Numbered from the stretch's first letter, positions 47,011 through 57,608 are shown. The stretch is DNA of 64,000 bases from an uncultured bacterium (GCA_964371555.1 CAYJMQ010000002.1:5521-69520); one strand, 5' to 3'. Notes: generated by a model not told the origin, from the sequence alone. Numbers and translations: made by a program.

Positions 47011-48555
47011 CTATTTTGTGTCGAGTGAAGCGATAAAGCTTTTGGCTCGATCGAGGACACTCGGAATGTCGCTCATAATAATCGTGTTTGATGACCTGTC
47101 AACCGAGATCGAGCCGCGATCTGAAAGAAGTGGATAAAGATGCTGTTTGAGTTCCGAGGCCTTTCGGTATCTGACCGGGAGAAAGAGAATCCTGACAGGC
47201 GTAAGACGATCTTTGGCGAGCAGCGCCGCGCGCGCTTTTTCTTTTTCCTTTCGCAAACCATCCAGGCTTGCAATACGAAGAATATTCCCCTGTTTTACAA
47301 ATCCCAATTGATGGGCTTCCAGTATCGCAATCAATGCTTCATCCCATGGGACGCGAAGCAGCCTTAAATTCAGGGATGCTTTGATCCCTTTTCCGATAAT
47401 AATGTTATAGTCGCTTGCCTCCGAGAGCATTTGAAGGAGATCTTCAATGGGAGTATCTTTTGCATGCAATGAAAGTTCTTTTCCCTGAAGTCGCGAGGGA
47501 GACGTAAGATAGCGACCGAAGTCGGTAACTTCATCTGCCGTCACCCCTTCCAAAAATCTGGGGGGTTTCTTTTTTTCAAATTCCACATAAATCTCATTTG
47601 CCTTTTGGACTACCGTCGGAGATACCGTGTCATTAAACTGAATAGAAACTTTCGCGCTCTTATACGGAGCGTCTGTTGTTGCCGCTGTAACTTTTGACAG
47701 ATAGCTCTCTTCCTCGTTAATATCCAAAGGGGCTATCTCCTCCCCCAGTTCCGTTTCTTTGAATTCTAAAATGATCTCGCGATCGAAAATTGTTTTTTCA
47801 AACGATACCGGAAGAGAACTGAAGAGAGTGAGTTTTTCTCTGTTTTTCTCCTGGCTCCGACTGATTTTTTCAAGTTTCCCCCCTTTTACCCCCTCTTCTG
47901 TTCCCCATTCTGTTCCCAAAACAGGTTCGAGAGCCGGGGTTTCTGCCTGACTCTCTGGTATGGACTCTTCAGGCCTTTTTCCAAGTTCTTTTATGTCCTC
48001 TTCGGAGACAATCTTGTCTTTTTCTTCTGTTCGTGCAAGTTCAGCCAGATCCTTTTCGATCTCATTCGGAGATGTGGCGGCGGAGGGCGGCGCTGTCCGT
48101 TCTTTAGGTTTTTCTGGGATTTCTTCCGGGGTTTCTTCCTGAACAGGGCGGATATCAAGTCTTAAACCATATTCGGTCTGCCTTGCCGTAAAATCAGCAT
48201 CTTGTTTGAGGTTTAGGAAAAGCTGTCCATAAGTTTTGCCTTCAATGGGCGTATTTTTGGCTGAGAATGATTTGATAGCCTTGCTCTTGAATCGCTTTGG
48301 GAAACTAACTTGAGATGTATCCACAGCATCAGCTGTCACAAGGATGGCGTCATCTGTTTTTGTGACCGCGTAATTTTGAAGGGGGTGTGTGGTAAAAACA
48401 CCGACATATTCAAGTCCCCCTTTTTCAAGATGTTTTACTTCATCAATATAGATGCGGTTAGGATCTCTGGGCTGTTTTCCTGAACAACCGGAAGCCAAAA
48501 TGGCGCCCATCAGGCAACTCAGGCAACCGATCACAACAACAGCTTTTTTTGTCAT
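47011..48555 (-). CDS. pilQ: type IV pilus secretin PilQ, N-terminal domains only (lipobox, two AMIN-like domains, N0 and N1 secretin-N domains); C-terminal secretin domain absent
   Basis: LASGC lipobox; N0 (NIIIGKGIKASLNLRLLRVPWDEALIAILE) and N1 (PVRYRKASELKQHLYPLL...SNTIIMSDIP) motifs; ORF stops 6 nt before aroC. Confidence 0.6.
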   Translation of the reverse strand: MTKKAVVVIGCLSCLMGAILASGCSGKQPRDPNRIYIDEVKHLEKGGLEYVGVFTTHPLQNYAVTKTDDAILVTADAVDTSQVSFPKRFKSKAIKSFSAKNTPIEGKTYGQLFLNLKQDADFTARQTEYGLRLDIRPVQEETPEEIPEKPKERTAPPSAATSPNEIEKDLAELARTEEKDKIVSEEDIKELGKRPEESIPESQAETPALEPVLGTEWGTEEGVKGGKLEKISRSQEKNREKLTLFSSLPVSFEKTIFDREIILEFKETELGEEIAPLDINEEESYLSKVTAATTDAPYKSAKVSIQFNDTVSPTVVQKANEIYVEFEKKKPPRFLEGVTADEVTDFGRYLTSPSRLQGKELSLHAKDTPIEDLLQMLSEASDYNIIIGKGIKASLNLRLLRVPWDEALIAILEAHQLGFVKQGNILRIASLDGLRKEKEKARAALLAKDRLTPVRILFLPVRYRKASELKQHLYPLLSDRGSISVDRSSNTIIMSDIPSVLDRAKSFIASLDTK

Positions 48556-48557
48556 GG

Positions 48558-48893
48558 TCAGTGTCCCCGTATGGTAAATACCTTTTTCCCGAAGTCCCCT
48601 TGAATGATAACTATTTTATCATCAATCTTTGTAATTTTGCCACCATTTTTGCCAACCGAAGTCCCAACTTTAGCGATGAAACTTTTTCCGTCATTGGCTT
48701 GAAAAAGGGCAATGTTTGCGTCTATTCCCCAAATAACCGCCTTCAATTCGAGTTCATTAAACGGATAATCGGTCAGGCTTTCTTTTTTCGGGGGTTTTTC
48801 TATCGGAAGAGGGAGCGGTGTAAAGGGATTTTTTGCCCCATGGCAGACAGGCGCAGTCAATAGCAACAGACACAATGAAATCACTATTTTCAT
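48558..48893 (-). CDS. pilP: pilus assembly protein PilP
   Basis: 111 aa lipoprotein-like ORF between pilO and pilQ; LKAVIWG...IALFQANDGKSFIAKVG pattern. Confidence 0.55.
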   Translation of the reverse strand: MKIVISLCLLLLTAPVCHGAKNPFTPLPLPIEKPPKKESLTDYPFNELELKAVIWGIDANIALFQANDGKSFIAKVGTSVGKNGGKITKIDDKIVIIQGDFGKKVFTIRGH

Positions 48894-49441
48894 GGTTTGT
48901 CTCCAGTTCTTCGAAATGTTGTCATCTTTGCCGCGGTTGAAATAACAAATACCTCTCCCCGTTTTTGGGGAGAGGTCATTTCAATGTTTGAGAGGAGGAT
49001 TCTTCTTTGGAGTTGAGATAAATAACGGAAGAATTCGACTGTTTGCGGGAATGTTCCCTTCAGTTGAATTTCAATCGGCATTTCAACAACGGGGCCAATG
49101 GTCTGTTCTTCAAGGGGTTTAAAGAGCAAAAATTCAATCCCCATTTTTTTTCCTTCTTCGCTCAGACCTGCCAAGAGCTCTGCGGTGTCATCTATTGAAG
49201 GGAGTTGGTTGAGAGTGGCGCCTGGAATGTCTACGATTTCTTCTTCCCGGAACAGCCTTTGAGCAGAGTCCAACTGTTGTTTCAGAGAGAGAAATTTAAC
49301 TTCTGTTTCCTGAATTTCTTTCCGCAACGCTTCGAAGGATTGCTTTTTGGGGGCATAAATTCCTATATAGAAGAATAGAAGCAAAAAAACACCGAGAAGA
49401 AAAATCAGGACCAGCCGAATCATTGAAGAAAGGGGTGTCAT
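48890..49441 (-). CDS. pilO: pilus assembly protein PilO
   Basis: N-terminal TM, coiled coil, position in the pilMNOPQ operon. Confidence 0.6.
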   Translation of the reverse strand: MTPLSSMIRLVLIFLLGVFLLLFFYIGIYAPKKQSFEALRKEIQETEVKFLSLKQQLDSAQRLFREEEIVDIPGATLNQLPSIDDTAELLAGLSEEGKKMGIEFLLFKPLEEQTIGPVVEMPIEIQLKGTFPQTVEFFRYLSQLQRRILLSNIEMTSPQKRGEVFVISTAAKMTTFRRTGDKP

Positions 49442-49989
49442 TGGCTGTAGTTACACGCGATTGTGAATTTTTTTAATAGTCCTTCTTTTTGAGAAAGCTG
49501 TTCGATTGCAACAATTTTTACGGTTTCAAAAAATTTTGAATTTTCAAGCCCCGCAAGAAAGCGTGAAATGATCTGATGGTTCAACGCGAAACCCTGGAGT
49601 ATCATTTTGTTTTCTTTTTGAGAAAGCGCGTGCAGCCATGCTTTGTCAGGGAGCGAAGAACTGATCGCTTCAAGAATTTTAAGTAGTGTCTGATTGTCCT
49701 GCTTCAAGCGCTCCAAAACCGCAGCCTCGGGTTTCATTTTCCTTTGCGATTTTATCTTGATGATCTCCCGCTGAAGGGATGTTTGTTGACTGCCGAGGTC
49801 TGATAAATATTTTTCTGATACCCTGATTTCTCTTGCCAGATTGTTGTAGAAGGTTGCCAGAAACGCAATCTCAAAACCGATGAGAATGAAAGCAAAGATG
49901 GTAAGGAAAAGAGAGGGGCGGTAGGGGATTTTCTCAAACAGCGATGGTTTGGTTTTTGCCGGTTGTCTTAAGAGGTTGAGTCTTTTCAT
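49438..49989 (-). CDS. pilN: pilus assembly protein PilN
   Basis: Bitopic protein with N-terminal TM; position and overlaps within the pilMNOPQ operon. Confidence 0.6.
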   Translation of the reverse strand: MKRLNLLRQPAKTKPSLFEKIPYRPSLFLTIFAFILIGFEIAFLATFYNNLAREIRVSEKYLSDLGSQQTSLQREIIKIKSQRKMKPEAAVLERLKQDNQTLLKILEAISSSLPDKAWLHALSQKENKMILQGFALNHQIISRFLAGLENSKFFETVKIVAIEQLSQKEGLLKKFTIACNYSQ

Positions 49990-51035
49990 CGGGTTGCCAA
50001 TCCTACGGCGACAGGAACCAAAGGCTCCAGCTCTTCGACATATTTCGGATTCAGATTTTGTTTATTATAAGTAAGTTTCTCCAGTAATTTCAGCGGGTGT
50101 GTTTCAATGGCGGTTTTTTGAGAAATCCAGCCTGCCAGCGGAACAATTTTGGCGGTTCCCCCTGAAAGATAGATTTTTTCGATCGCAAGCTCCGGGAATT
50201 GAGTGAGCGCATGATGGATGGCGGTCTGAACCTCATGACAAAGCTGATCACAAGACTTCTCGATGATTTCTGTTGTTTCCTCTGGCAGGTGTTTTTCTTT
50301 AAAACAGCTTACTTTTAAAGATTCGGCTTCCGTAAGGCTTATTTTAAGTGTTTCTCTTAACGCATCCGTGATGTGGTTTCCTCCAAATGGGAGATGCCTG
50401 TGAAATGCAAATCCCCCATTGTGAAGGACAATCGCCTCTGTTGAATAAGCGCCCGCATGAATGAGCAACACATTTTTTTCTTCGGGATAGAGGAGGGTGA
50501 AGAGATTGGCCAGCGTCGTAGAAACCGGCTCAACCGCAACGGTTTTGAGATCTGCGCCTTCGATGACATTTTGGCAAATTTCCAGAAATTTTTTTTTCAC
50601 GGCTACCATGAGGAGAGGCGTTTTCTGCGCCTGTCCCGGCTCGGGGGGGAGGATCTGGTAGTCGATATTTGTTTCGTCAATTGAAAACGGGATATATTGG
50701 GATGCGATGATTGGGAGTTGATCTTCAATTTCCTCTTCGGCCAACTTTGGCAATGTAATCCTTTTTGCGATCACCGCAGATCCTGAGACCGCGTAAGCTA
50801 CCTCTTTTTGGGGGAGTTTTTCTTTTGAAAAAAGCTCTTTGATGGATTCCTCAAGTGTGTAGGCATCCATAATGTCACCGTCCACAACTGTCCCGCGCGG
50901 GAGTCCAATATAACTTAATGTTTCGATTTCAAGCTGGGATTTCTTTTTTTTAAGAGATACCGCCTTTAGAGTATGCGAGCCAATATCCAATCCGATGACG
51001 TTTGAGGACCCCTTCCATCTGTTTAGAAATGACAT
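49986..51035 (-). CDS. pilM: type IV pilus assembly ATPase-fold protein PilM
   Basis: Actin-like fold; IGLDIGSHTLKAV N-terminus. Confidence 0.8.
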   Translation of the reverse strand: MSFLNRWKGSSNVIGLDIGSHTLKAVSLKKKKSQLEIETLSYIGLPRGTVVDGDIMDAYTLEESIKELFSKEKLPQKEVAYAVSGSAVIAKRITLPKLAEEEIEDQLPIIASQYIPFSIDETNIDYQILPPEPGQAQKTPLLMVAVKKKFLEICQNVIEGADLKTVAVEPVSTTLANLFTLLYPEEKNVLLIHAGAYSTEAIVLHNGGFAFHRHLPFGGNHITDALRETLKISLTEAESLKVSCFKEKHLPEETTEIIEKSCDQLCHEVQTAIHHALTQFPELAIEKIYLSGGTAKIVPLAGWISQKTAIETHPLKLLEKLTYNKQNLNPKYVEELEPLVPVAVGLATR

Positions 51036-51124
51036 CGATCTTGCTCCAGTGAAAGCCTAAAAAAATAAGATAAGTTACTAATTTTATAACAAATTTTAGC
51101 AATGACAGCAAGGAAATGACACTT

Positions 51125-51170
51125 GGAGTCTGTCGGAGTACTGGACGAAACGAGTACTCCGACAGACTCC
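51125..51170. promoter_or_regulatory. 46-nt perfect palindrome (18-bp stem ggagtctgtcggagtact, 10-nt loop) in the divergent pilM-gatC intergenic region
   Basis: Seen directly in the sequence; lies between two divergent start codons, so more likely an operator or RNA element than a terminator. Confidence 0.4.
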
Positions 51171-51217
51171 TTGGCAATTTTGACGATAAATGCTAGAGCA
51201 ATGGCTAAAGGAATAGA

Positions 51218-51517
51218 ATGACGCGATTGACCAAAGCAGAGGTCGAACATGTGGCGAAACTTTCGTATTTGGAACTGACTCCGGAAGAGCTTGAGCGCCA
51301 CACAAAAGATTTGGCTTCCATTGTGCGCTATGTTGAGAAGTTGAATGAGCTCGACACAACACGGGTTCAGCCGACATACCAGGTGAATGCGGTAACAAAC
51401 GCCATGCGGGAAGACGAGGTCACAGATTCACTGAATACTCAGGAATTGCTTAAAATGGCTCCCGAGCATGATGACCACTCGATTCAGGTCCCAAAAATTA
51501 TTGATCTGGAACCCTAG
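51218..51517 (+). CDS. gatC: Asp-tRNA(Asn)/Glu-tRNA(Gln) amidotransferase subunit C
   Basis: 99 aa; EVEHVAKLSYLELTPEE start typical of GatC; followed by gatA. Confidence 0.8.
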   Translation: MTRLTKAEVEHVAKLSYLELTPEELERHTKDLASIVRYVEKLNELDTTRVQPTYQVNAVTNAMREDEVTDSLNTQELLKMAPEHDDHSIQVPKIIDLEP

Positions 51518-51520
51518 CCA

Positions 51521-52978
51521 ATGTCCGTTTACGAACTAAGTTTATCTGAACTCTCTCAAAAACTTTCCAAAAAAGAGATCAGTTCGAGAGAACTCACAGC
51601 GTCTGTTCTCAAACGGATTCACAATACCAATGCCGCTCTTAATACATTTGTGACGATTACGGAAGAAGAAGCTATTTCCGATGCCAAAAGGGTAGATGAA
51701 AAAAGGGGAAGGGGGGAAACACTTTCCCCGTTGGCCGGGATTCCGATTGGACTCAAGGATATATTTCTCACAAAAGGGATTAAAACCACCTGCTGCTCAA
51801 AAATTTTGTCAAATTTTGTCCCTCCTTACGACGCAACCGTTGTCCGGAGGCTCAAAGAAAATGATTATGTGCTCGTTGGCAAACTCAATATGGATGAGTT
51901 TGCCATGGGATCGTCCAACGAAAATTCATATTATGGCGCCGTAAAAAATCCGTGGGATCTTGAGAGAATTCCCGGTGGCTCAAGCGGGGGATCGGCGGCC
52001 GCGGTTTCTGCTTCCCAGTGTATCGGATCTTATGGAACTGACACGGGGGGATCGGTGAGACAACCCGCCGCTTTATGCAGTGTGGTGGGACTAAAACCAA
52101 CTTATGGACGTGTGAGCCGTTATGGAATTATTGCCTTTGCGTCGTCTCTGGATCAGGTGGGGCCCTTTGGAAAAACAGTTAAAGACACCGCGCTTCTTTT
52201 ACAGGCGGTAGCCGGCTACGATCCCCTCGATTCAACATCGGCTTCACTTGCGGTTCCGGACTATGCAAAATTCCTTAAAAATGACGCAAAGGGGCTGACG
52301 GTTGGGATTGCAAAAGAATATTTCACAGAAGGGATGCAGAAAGAGGTTGAACGATCGGTCAGAGACGCGATTGACCAACTTAAAAAACTCGGCGCAAAGA
52401 TCGTTGATGTTTCTCTCCCTCATACCCCCTATGCCATTCCAACTTATTATATTGTGGCGACCGCTGAGGCGAGTTCGAACCTCGCCCGTTATGATGGAGT
52501 TAAATATGGGTACCGCGCGAAGGGTGAGACGCTGCTTGAAATGTACCGAAAGACAAGGGGGGAAGGTTTTGGCAGAGAAGTGAAGAGAAGAATCATGTTG
52601 GGGACATTTGCCTTAAGCAGTGGGTACTACGAAGCCTATTATAAAAAAGCAGGCCAGGTGAGGACACTCCTTAAAAACGATTTTCATGATGCCTTTAAAA
52701 AATGCGATGTCATTGTAACCCCAGCCTCTCCGACCACCGCTTTTAAGTTGGGAGAGAAGATGGAAGATCCGCTTACGATGTATCTGTCAGATATTTTTAC
52801 GATTTCTGCCAATCTGGCCGGAATTCCGGGATTGGTTCTTCCATGCGGTTTTGACCGGAAGGGACTTCCGATCGGTCTTCAGATTTTGGCCCCCCATTTC
52901 AAAGAGGAATCGTTGTTTCATTTGGCCCATGCCTATGAAAAATCGACGGAATGGCATTTGAGAAAACCCGCTCTATGA
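51521..52978 (+). CDS. gatA: Asp-tRNA(Asn)/Glu-tRNA(Gln) amidotransferase subunit A
   Basis: Amidase signature [16 protein letters not shown], 485 aa. Confidence 0.9.
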   Translation: MSVYELSLSELSQKLSKKEISSRELTASVLKRIHNTNAALNTFVTITEEEAISDAKRVDEKRGRGETLSPLAGIPIGLKDIFLTKGIKTTCCSKILSNFVPPYDATVVRRLKENDYVLVGKLNMDEFAMGSSNENSYYGAVKNPWDLERIPGGSSGGSAAAVSASQCIGSYGTDTGGSVRQPAALCSVVGLKPTYGRVSRYGIIAFASSLDQVGPFGKTVKDTALLLQAVAGYDPLDSTSASLAVPDYAKFLKNDAKGLTVGIAKEYFTEGMQKEVERSVRDAIDQLKKLGAKIVDVSLPHTPYAIPTYYIVATAEASSNLARYDGVKYGYRAKGETLLEMYRKTRGEGFGREVKRRIMLGTFALSSGYYEAYYKKAGQVRTLLKNDFHDAFKKCDVIVTPASPTTAFKLGEKMEDPLTMYLSDIFTISANLAGIPGLVLPCGFDRKGLPIGLQILAPHFKEESLFHLAHAYEKSTEWHLRKPAL

Positions 52979-52985
52979 AGACGCC

Positions 52986-54428
52986 ATGAAAATGAAAGAT
53001 AAGAGAGAAGATCGGTTTGAAGCGGTCATTGGACTCGAAGTCCACGCGCAGCTGCGGACAAAGAGTAAAATTTTTTGCGGCTGCTCAACCAAATTTGTTT
53101 CTGAAGAAAATGTTCATGTTTGTCCTGTCTGTGCGGGGCTTCCGGGGACCCTCCCTGTTTTGAACCGCAAGGCTGTCGATTTTGCGATGAAGATGGCGTT
53201 GGCGGCGCATTGTCATATCAATGAAACGTCTATTTTTGCCCGGAAGAATTATTTTTATCCCGATCTTCCGAAGGGGTATCAAATTTCCCAGTATGACAAA
53301 CCGCTGGCCGAAGAAGGGTGGGTGGAGATTCAGACAGATGGTCAAAGCAAGAAAATACGGATTCAGCGCATTCATATGGAAGAAGATGCCGGAAAAAATG
53401 TGCATGGGAAAAGAGGGAGTTATGTCAATCTCAATCGTGCCGGGGTTCCACTGATTGAAATTGTTTCGTATCCCGATTTGGCGACCAGCGGGGAGGCAAG
53501 TCAGTATGTGAAAAAACTTCGTTCTATTCTCCGGTATACGGGGGTTTCAGATGGAAACATGGAAGAAGGGAATTTAAGATGCGATGTCAATGTTTCCGTG
53601 AGACAGCGCGGGGAAAAGAAGTTGGGGACCCGGTCGGAAGTAAAAAATATTAATTCTTTTCGGTTTATTGAAAAGGCGATTGAGTTTGAAATTCAGAGGC
53701 AAACGGAAATTCTGGAAGGCGGCAATCAGGTGATTCAGGAAACGCGGCTTTTTGACGCCAACCGGGGGGAGACGTTTTCCATGCGAAGCAAAGAAGAGGC
53801 GCACGATTATCGCTATTTTCCTGAACCGGATCTCGTTTCACTCAATGTAGAAAAATCGTGGATTGAAGATTGTGAGAGCAAGCTTCCTGAACTTCCAGAT
53901 GAGAAAGCAAAGAGGTTTGCGGCTCAATACCAGCTTTCACATTATGATGCCGCGCTTTTGGTTCAGGAAAAAGAGCTGGCAGAGTATTATGAAGAGGTTG
54001 CCCACGCCTCTCATCAACCCAAACTTGCGAGCAATTGGATTCTTACAGAGCTTTTGCATGTTGTCTCTGCCGATCAAATCGAAACATCGCCGGTTTCTTC
54101 CAAACATCTTGGTGAATTGATCCAGTTAATTACAAGCGGGGTTATTTCCGGAAAAATTGCCAAAACTGTTTTTGAGAAGATGATGATTTCTCGACAAGCG
54201 CCAAAAATCATTGTAGAAAAAGAGGGTCTTTGGCAGGTTTCAGATGAGGGTGTTGTGATAGAGGCTGTGGAAAAGATTCTGACGGAGCGAAAAGAAGAAG
54301 TCGAAAAATACAGGGCTGGAAATGAAAAACTTTTTGGTTTTTTTGTTGGGCAAATTATGAAACTGACCGAAGGAAAGGCAAATCCCGCTTTGGTAAATCA
54401 GATCTTGAAGAAAAAATTGGGAAAATAA
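52986..54428 (+). CDS. gatB: Asp-tRNA(Asn)/Glu-tRNA(Gln) amidotransferase subunit B
   Basis: VIGLEVHAQL, CPVCAGLPG, C-terminal YqeY-like domain. Confidence 0.9.
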   Translation: MKMKDKREDRFEAVIGLEVHAQLRTKSKIFCGCSTKFVSEENVHVCPVCAGLPGTLPVLNRKAVDFAMKMALAAHCHINETSIFARKNYFYPDLPKGYQISQYDKPLAEEGWVEIQTDGQSKKIRIQRIHMEEDAGKNVHGKRGSYVNLNRAGVPLIEIVSYPDLATSGEASQYVKKLRSILRYTGVSDGNMEEGNLRCDVNVSVRQRGEKKLGTRSEVKNINSFRFIEKAIEFEIQRQTEILEGGNQVIQETRLFDANRGETFSMRSKEEAHDYRYFPEPDLVSLNVEKSWIEDCESKLPELPDEKAKRFAAQYQLSHYDAALLVQEKELAEYYEEVAHASHQPKLASNWILTELLHVVSADQIETSPVSSKHLGELIQLITSGVISGKIAKTVFEKMMISRQAPKIIVEKEGLWQVSDEGVVIEAVEKILTERKEEVEKYRAGNEKLFGFFVGQIMKLTEGKANPALVNQILKKKLGK

Positions 54429-54438
54429 GGAGGAATCG

Positions 54439-56451
54439 ATGAAGACAGCAGTAACAGTTCTGGGGGTATTGTTGGTCCTGGGGATCATAGGGGTTGTTAC
54501 TTTGCCGTTTGTGGTCGATCTCAATAAATACCGCGCTCAAATTAAACAAGAGGTTGAAAAGAAGATCGATGGTGAAATTGATTTTGAGAGCATTCGTTTT
54601 AGGGGGCTGGGGATTCAGATTAAGAAACTTTCCATCCGGTCAAAAGGGGCATTTGAAAACAAGAATCTTCTTGAAGTGGGTGAGGCGCGGCTCAAGATTT
54701 CTTTGGGATCGCTGCTCACCGGGCATCCAAAAGCGACATTTATTTTTAGGCAGCCAAAAATTACGTTGGTGAAAAATGAAAAGGGGGCGCTCAATCTGAC
54801 AGAGCTTCCCAAAAAAACCGAAGAACCCGAAAAAGAACTTAAAGAAGCAGAGTCGCCCAGGAAAAAATCGAAACTCCCAGGTCTTCTTTTAGGGGCAAAG
54901 CTTTCTTTTCAGGTTGAGCAGGCCTCTTTGAAATATATTGATGAAAAGAAACATTCCACAAGCGCTGTTGAAAACCTGAACGCAACACTGAGCAATGTCG
55001 CCCTTAACTCACCGATCGATTTTTCGGTCAATGCCGAATTACAGTCTTCGGAGGGGGCCAGGCGGTTATTTCAAGGGGAGCTATCGCTCAAGGGGCGGGC
55101 AAAGGTCGAAGCCGAACGGTCAAAAAAGATTTCAGCGATAGAGCTTGATACCCAATTTGCCTTGGGAGAACTCAAGGCTTCCCTTGAGGGGAAGGTGACA
55201 GATCTCGACTTGATACAGGTTGATCTTAAAATAAAAACCCCCCTTCTTTCTCTTTCGAAAATCAAAAGTTCTTTTGAGGCATTGGGGCAATATCCATTCG
55301 ATGGGACGATGTCACTCGATGGGAGTATAAAAGGTCCTCTCAAAAAGTTGGATCAATGTCGGGTAGGGGGGAATCTGAATATTCATCTGAAATCGGGTTC
55401 GACCGATTTGAAATTCAAATCTGAGATATCTGATACCCTTGCCTCGCTCAACGGGCGCTTTACATTGGATGCCCCTCTCCTGCATTTAGATGAGCTCCTC
55501 CCCGGGAAGCGAGGGGGAATGGCCTTTTTTAGACTCCCTTCGGCTTATGCGGATGCCGGAATGTCGCAAGATCCGTTAAAAACATTGAGAGAATCGCCCA
55601 TTTTTAAGGGGCTCAGAGCTTCAGGAAAAGTCGATATTCAAAAAATCGTTCTGCGCGGTTCAGAGATGACACACCTCTCATCAAAGCTTGATTTGGAAAA
55701 TCTTGGCTTCTCCATTTCTCAATTTGCAATGAATGCATTCGGAGGAAAACTCAATCTCAAGGGGGGGATTAAGATGTCCACGCCGAAACCTCAATTTCAG
55801 CTGTCTACAGTTATTGAGAAGTTTAATCTCAATTCGCTTCTGACGTTTGCGTCTCCGACAATGAAGAATGTCGCCCATGGAACCGTGACGGCAAATCTTG
55901 ATCTCGAAGGGAAGGGGACGACGCTTTCGGATGCAAAGCAAAATCTTTTCGGAAATGGAAAAATGGAAATGAGGGAGATCGAGCTGAAAGGGCTTAATAT
56001 GGGAAAATCGCTGCAGGATCAATTGCGACTCATTGCGATATTTGCGGGTTCCGACATTCTTAATGAAGACCTGACGGGGCGTTTTGATTCCTTTAAATCT
56101 TCTTTGCTCATCAAAGGGGGGAGACTTTACACGCCGGACGCCGTTCTTTCGGCTCCTCAATATGGGGCGACACTTAAAGGATTTGCGTCGTTTGATAAAG
56201 AAATCCAATATGATGGCAAGGTTTTGCTGCCGGCAAAGAAATTCAGTTCCAAGGCGCTTCAATCCCTTGCCGATAATCGGGGGATGATCGGTTTTCCGTT
56301 TAAATTGAGCGGGGTTCTCCCGAAATTTTCATTTACTGTCGATGCGGCTGAAATCACAAGGATGGCGGCCAAGTCAGTGTTGACCGATACGGCAAAACAG
56401 AAACTAAAAGAAAAACTGGGGATCGATCTGCCGGTCGATCTTCCATTCTAA
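54439..56451 (+). CDS. AsmA family outer-membrane biogenesis protein
   Basis: N-terminal signal anchor, 670 aa beta-rich repetitive sequence typical of the AsmA/DUF3971 architecture. Confidence 0.6.
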   Translation: MKTAVTVLGVLLVLGIIGVVTLPFVVDLNKYRAQIKQEVEKKIDGEIDFESIRFRGLGIQIKKLSIRSKGAFENKNLLEVGEARLKISLGSLLTGHPKATFIFRQPKITLVKNEKGALNLTELPKKTEEPEKELKEAESPRKKSKLPGLLLGAKLSFQVEQASLKYIDEKKHSTSAVENLNATLSNVALNSPIDFSVNAELQSSEGARRLFQGELSLKGRAKVEAERSKKISAIELDTQFALGELKASLEGKVTDLDLIQVDLKIKTPLLSLSKIKSSFEALGQYPFDGTMSLDGSIKGPLKKLDQCRVGGNLNIHLKSGSTDLKFKSEISDTLASLNGRFTLDAPLLHLDELLPGKRGGMAFFRLPSAYADAGMSQDPLKTLRESPIFKGLRASGKVDIQKIVLRGSEMTHLSSKLDLENLGFSISQFAMNAFGGKLNLKGGIKMSTPKPQFQLSTVIEKFNLNSLLTFASPTMKNVAHGTVTANLDLEGKGTTLSDAKQNLFGNGKMEMREIELKGLNMGKSLQDQLRLIAIFAGSDILNEDLTGRFDSFKSSLLIKGGRLYTPDAVLSAPQYGATLKGFASFDKEIQYDGKVLLPAKKFSSKALQSLADNRGMIGFPFKLSGVLPKFSFTVDAAEITRMAAKSVLTDTAKQKLKEKLGIDLPVDLPF

Positions 56452-57473
56452 TGTCTGATTTTTTTACGATTCAATGGCGGGTCGACCATCTCTTGATGAT
56501 CGATCAGAGAAAACTCCCGCACGAAGAAATCTACTTAAAGTGTGACAACTATGACGATGTTTCCGAAGCTATTCAAAAGATGGTCATTCGCGGCGCCCCG
56601 GCCATTGGGGTTGCGGCTGGCATGGGGGTTGCTCTCGGCGTAAAAAAATCGAAGGCAAAAAATCGCCCCGATTTTCAAAAAGAATTTCTTAAAATTTATG
56701 ACACCCTTTACCTGTCCCGTCCTACGGCTATCAACCTCCGCTGGGCGCTCGATCGTATGAAGGCCTCATTTGACGAATCTCTTTCTCAAGGGATCCCAAA
56801 GACCAAAGAGCGTCTCGAGAGAGAAGCCCTGAAAATCTATGAAGAAGACATTCAAATCAACCAGGCGATGGCCAATCATGGCGAGCCGCTGATTAAGGAA
56901 GGGTTCCAGCTCTTGACCTATTGTAATACAGGAGCGCTTGCCACTGCGGGCTATGGAACAGCGCTGGGTGTGATCCGAAAGGCGCATCGGGGAGGGAAAA
57001 AAATTCATGTTTATGTTTCTGAGACGCGCCCCTATTTTCAGGGATTGAGACTTACCTCATGGGAATGTTGGAAAGAAGGGATCCCGCATACGGTCATTGC
57101 AGATAATATGGCGGCCTCGCTCATGTCTCAAAAAAAAATCGATGCTGTTTTTGTCGGCGCCGACCGCGTTGCCCGCAATGGCGATGTCGCAAACAAAATC
57201 GGGACTTATAATTTGGCAGTGCTTGCCAAACATCATCATATCCCTTTTTATGTCGTTGCCCCCGCTTCAACGATCGATCGAACATGTAAAACCGGAAGCG
57301 AGATACCCATTGAGGAAAGAGATCCCAAAGAAATCACGCATTTTAGAAATGAAGCGGTCGGTTTAGACAGCGTCTCAGTATATAATCCCGCCTTCGATGT
57401 CACCCCCCACACGCTGATTACCGCTATCATTACTGAAAAGGGAATCTTTCATCATCGTGTATGGCAGATGTGA
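56451..57473 (+). CDS. mtnA: S-methyl-5-thioribose-1-phosphate isomerase (eIF-2B alpha/beta/delta-like)
   Basis: RGAPAIGVAAG, VGADRVARNGDVANKIGTY motifs. Confidence 0.8.
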   Translation: MSDFFTIQWRVDHLLMIDQRKLPHEEIYLKCDNYDDVSEAIQKMVIRGAPAIGVAAGMGVALGVKKSKAKNRPDFQKEFLKIYDTLYLSRPTAINLRWALDRMKASFDESLSQGIPKTKERLEREALKIYEEDIQINQAMANHGEPLIKEGFQLLTYCNTGALATAGYGTALGVIRKAHRGGKKIHVYVSETRPYFQGLRLTSWECWKEGIPHTVIADNMAASLMSQKKIDAVFVGADRVARNGDVANKIGTYNLAVLAKHHHIPFYVVAPASTIDRTCKTGSEIPIEERDPKEITHFRNEAVGLDSVSVYNPAFDVTPHTLITAIITEKGIFHHRVWQM

Positions 57474-57586
57474 CAGCGCCCTCGCTGTGCAAAACCAAGA
57501 TAGATCACGCGTGGACATCATAGACTAAATTCCTCGGAGAGAGATGATTTGAATTGATTTAAAATGAAGAGTTGCAATTCTTTAAT

Positions 57587-57608
57587 CTAATGGTATTATT
57601 ACCATTAG
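57587..57608. promoter_or_regulatory. perfect inverted repeat ctaatggta-ttat-taccattag abutting the start codon of the 57609 ORF
   Basis: Seen directly in the sequence. Confidence 0.35.
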
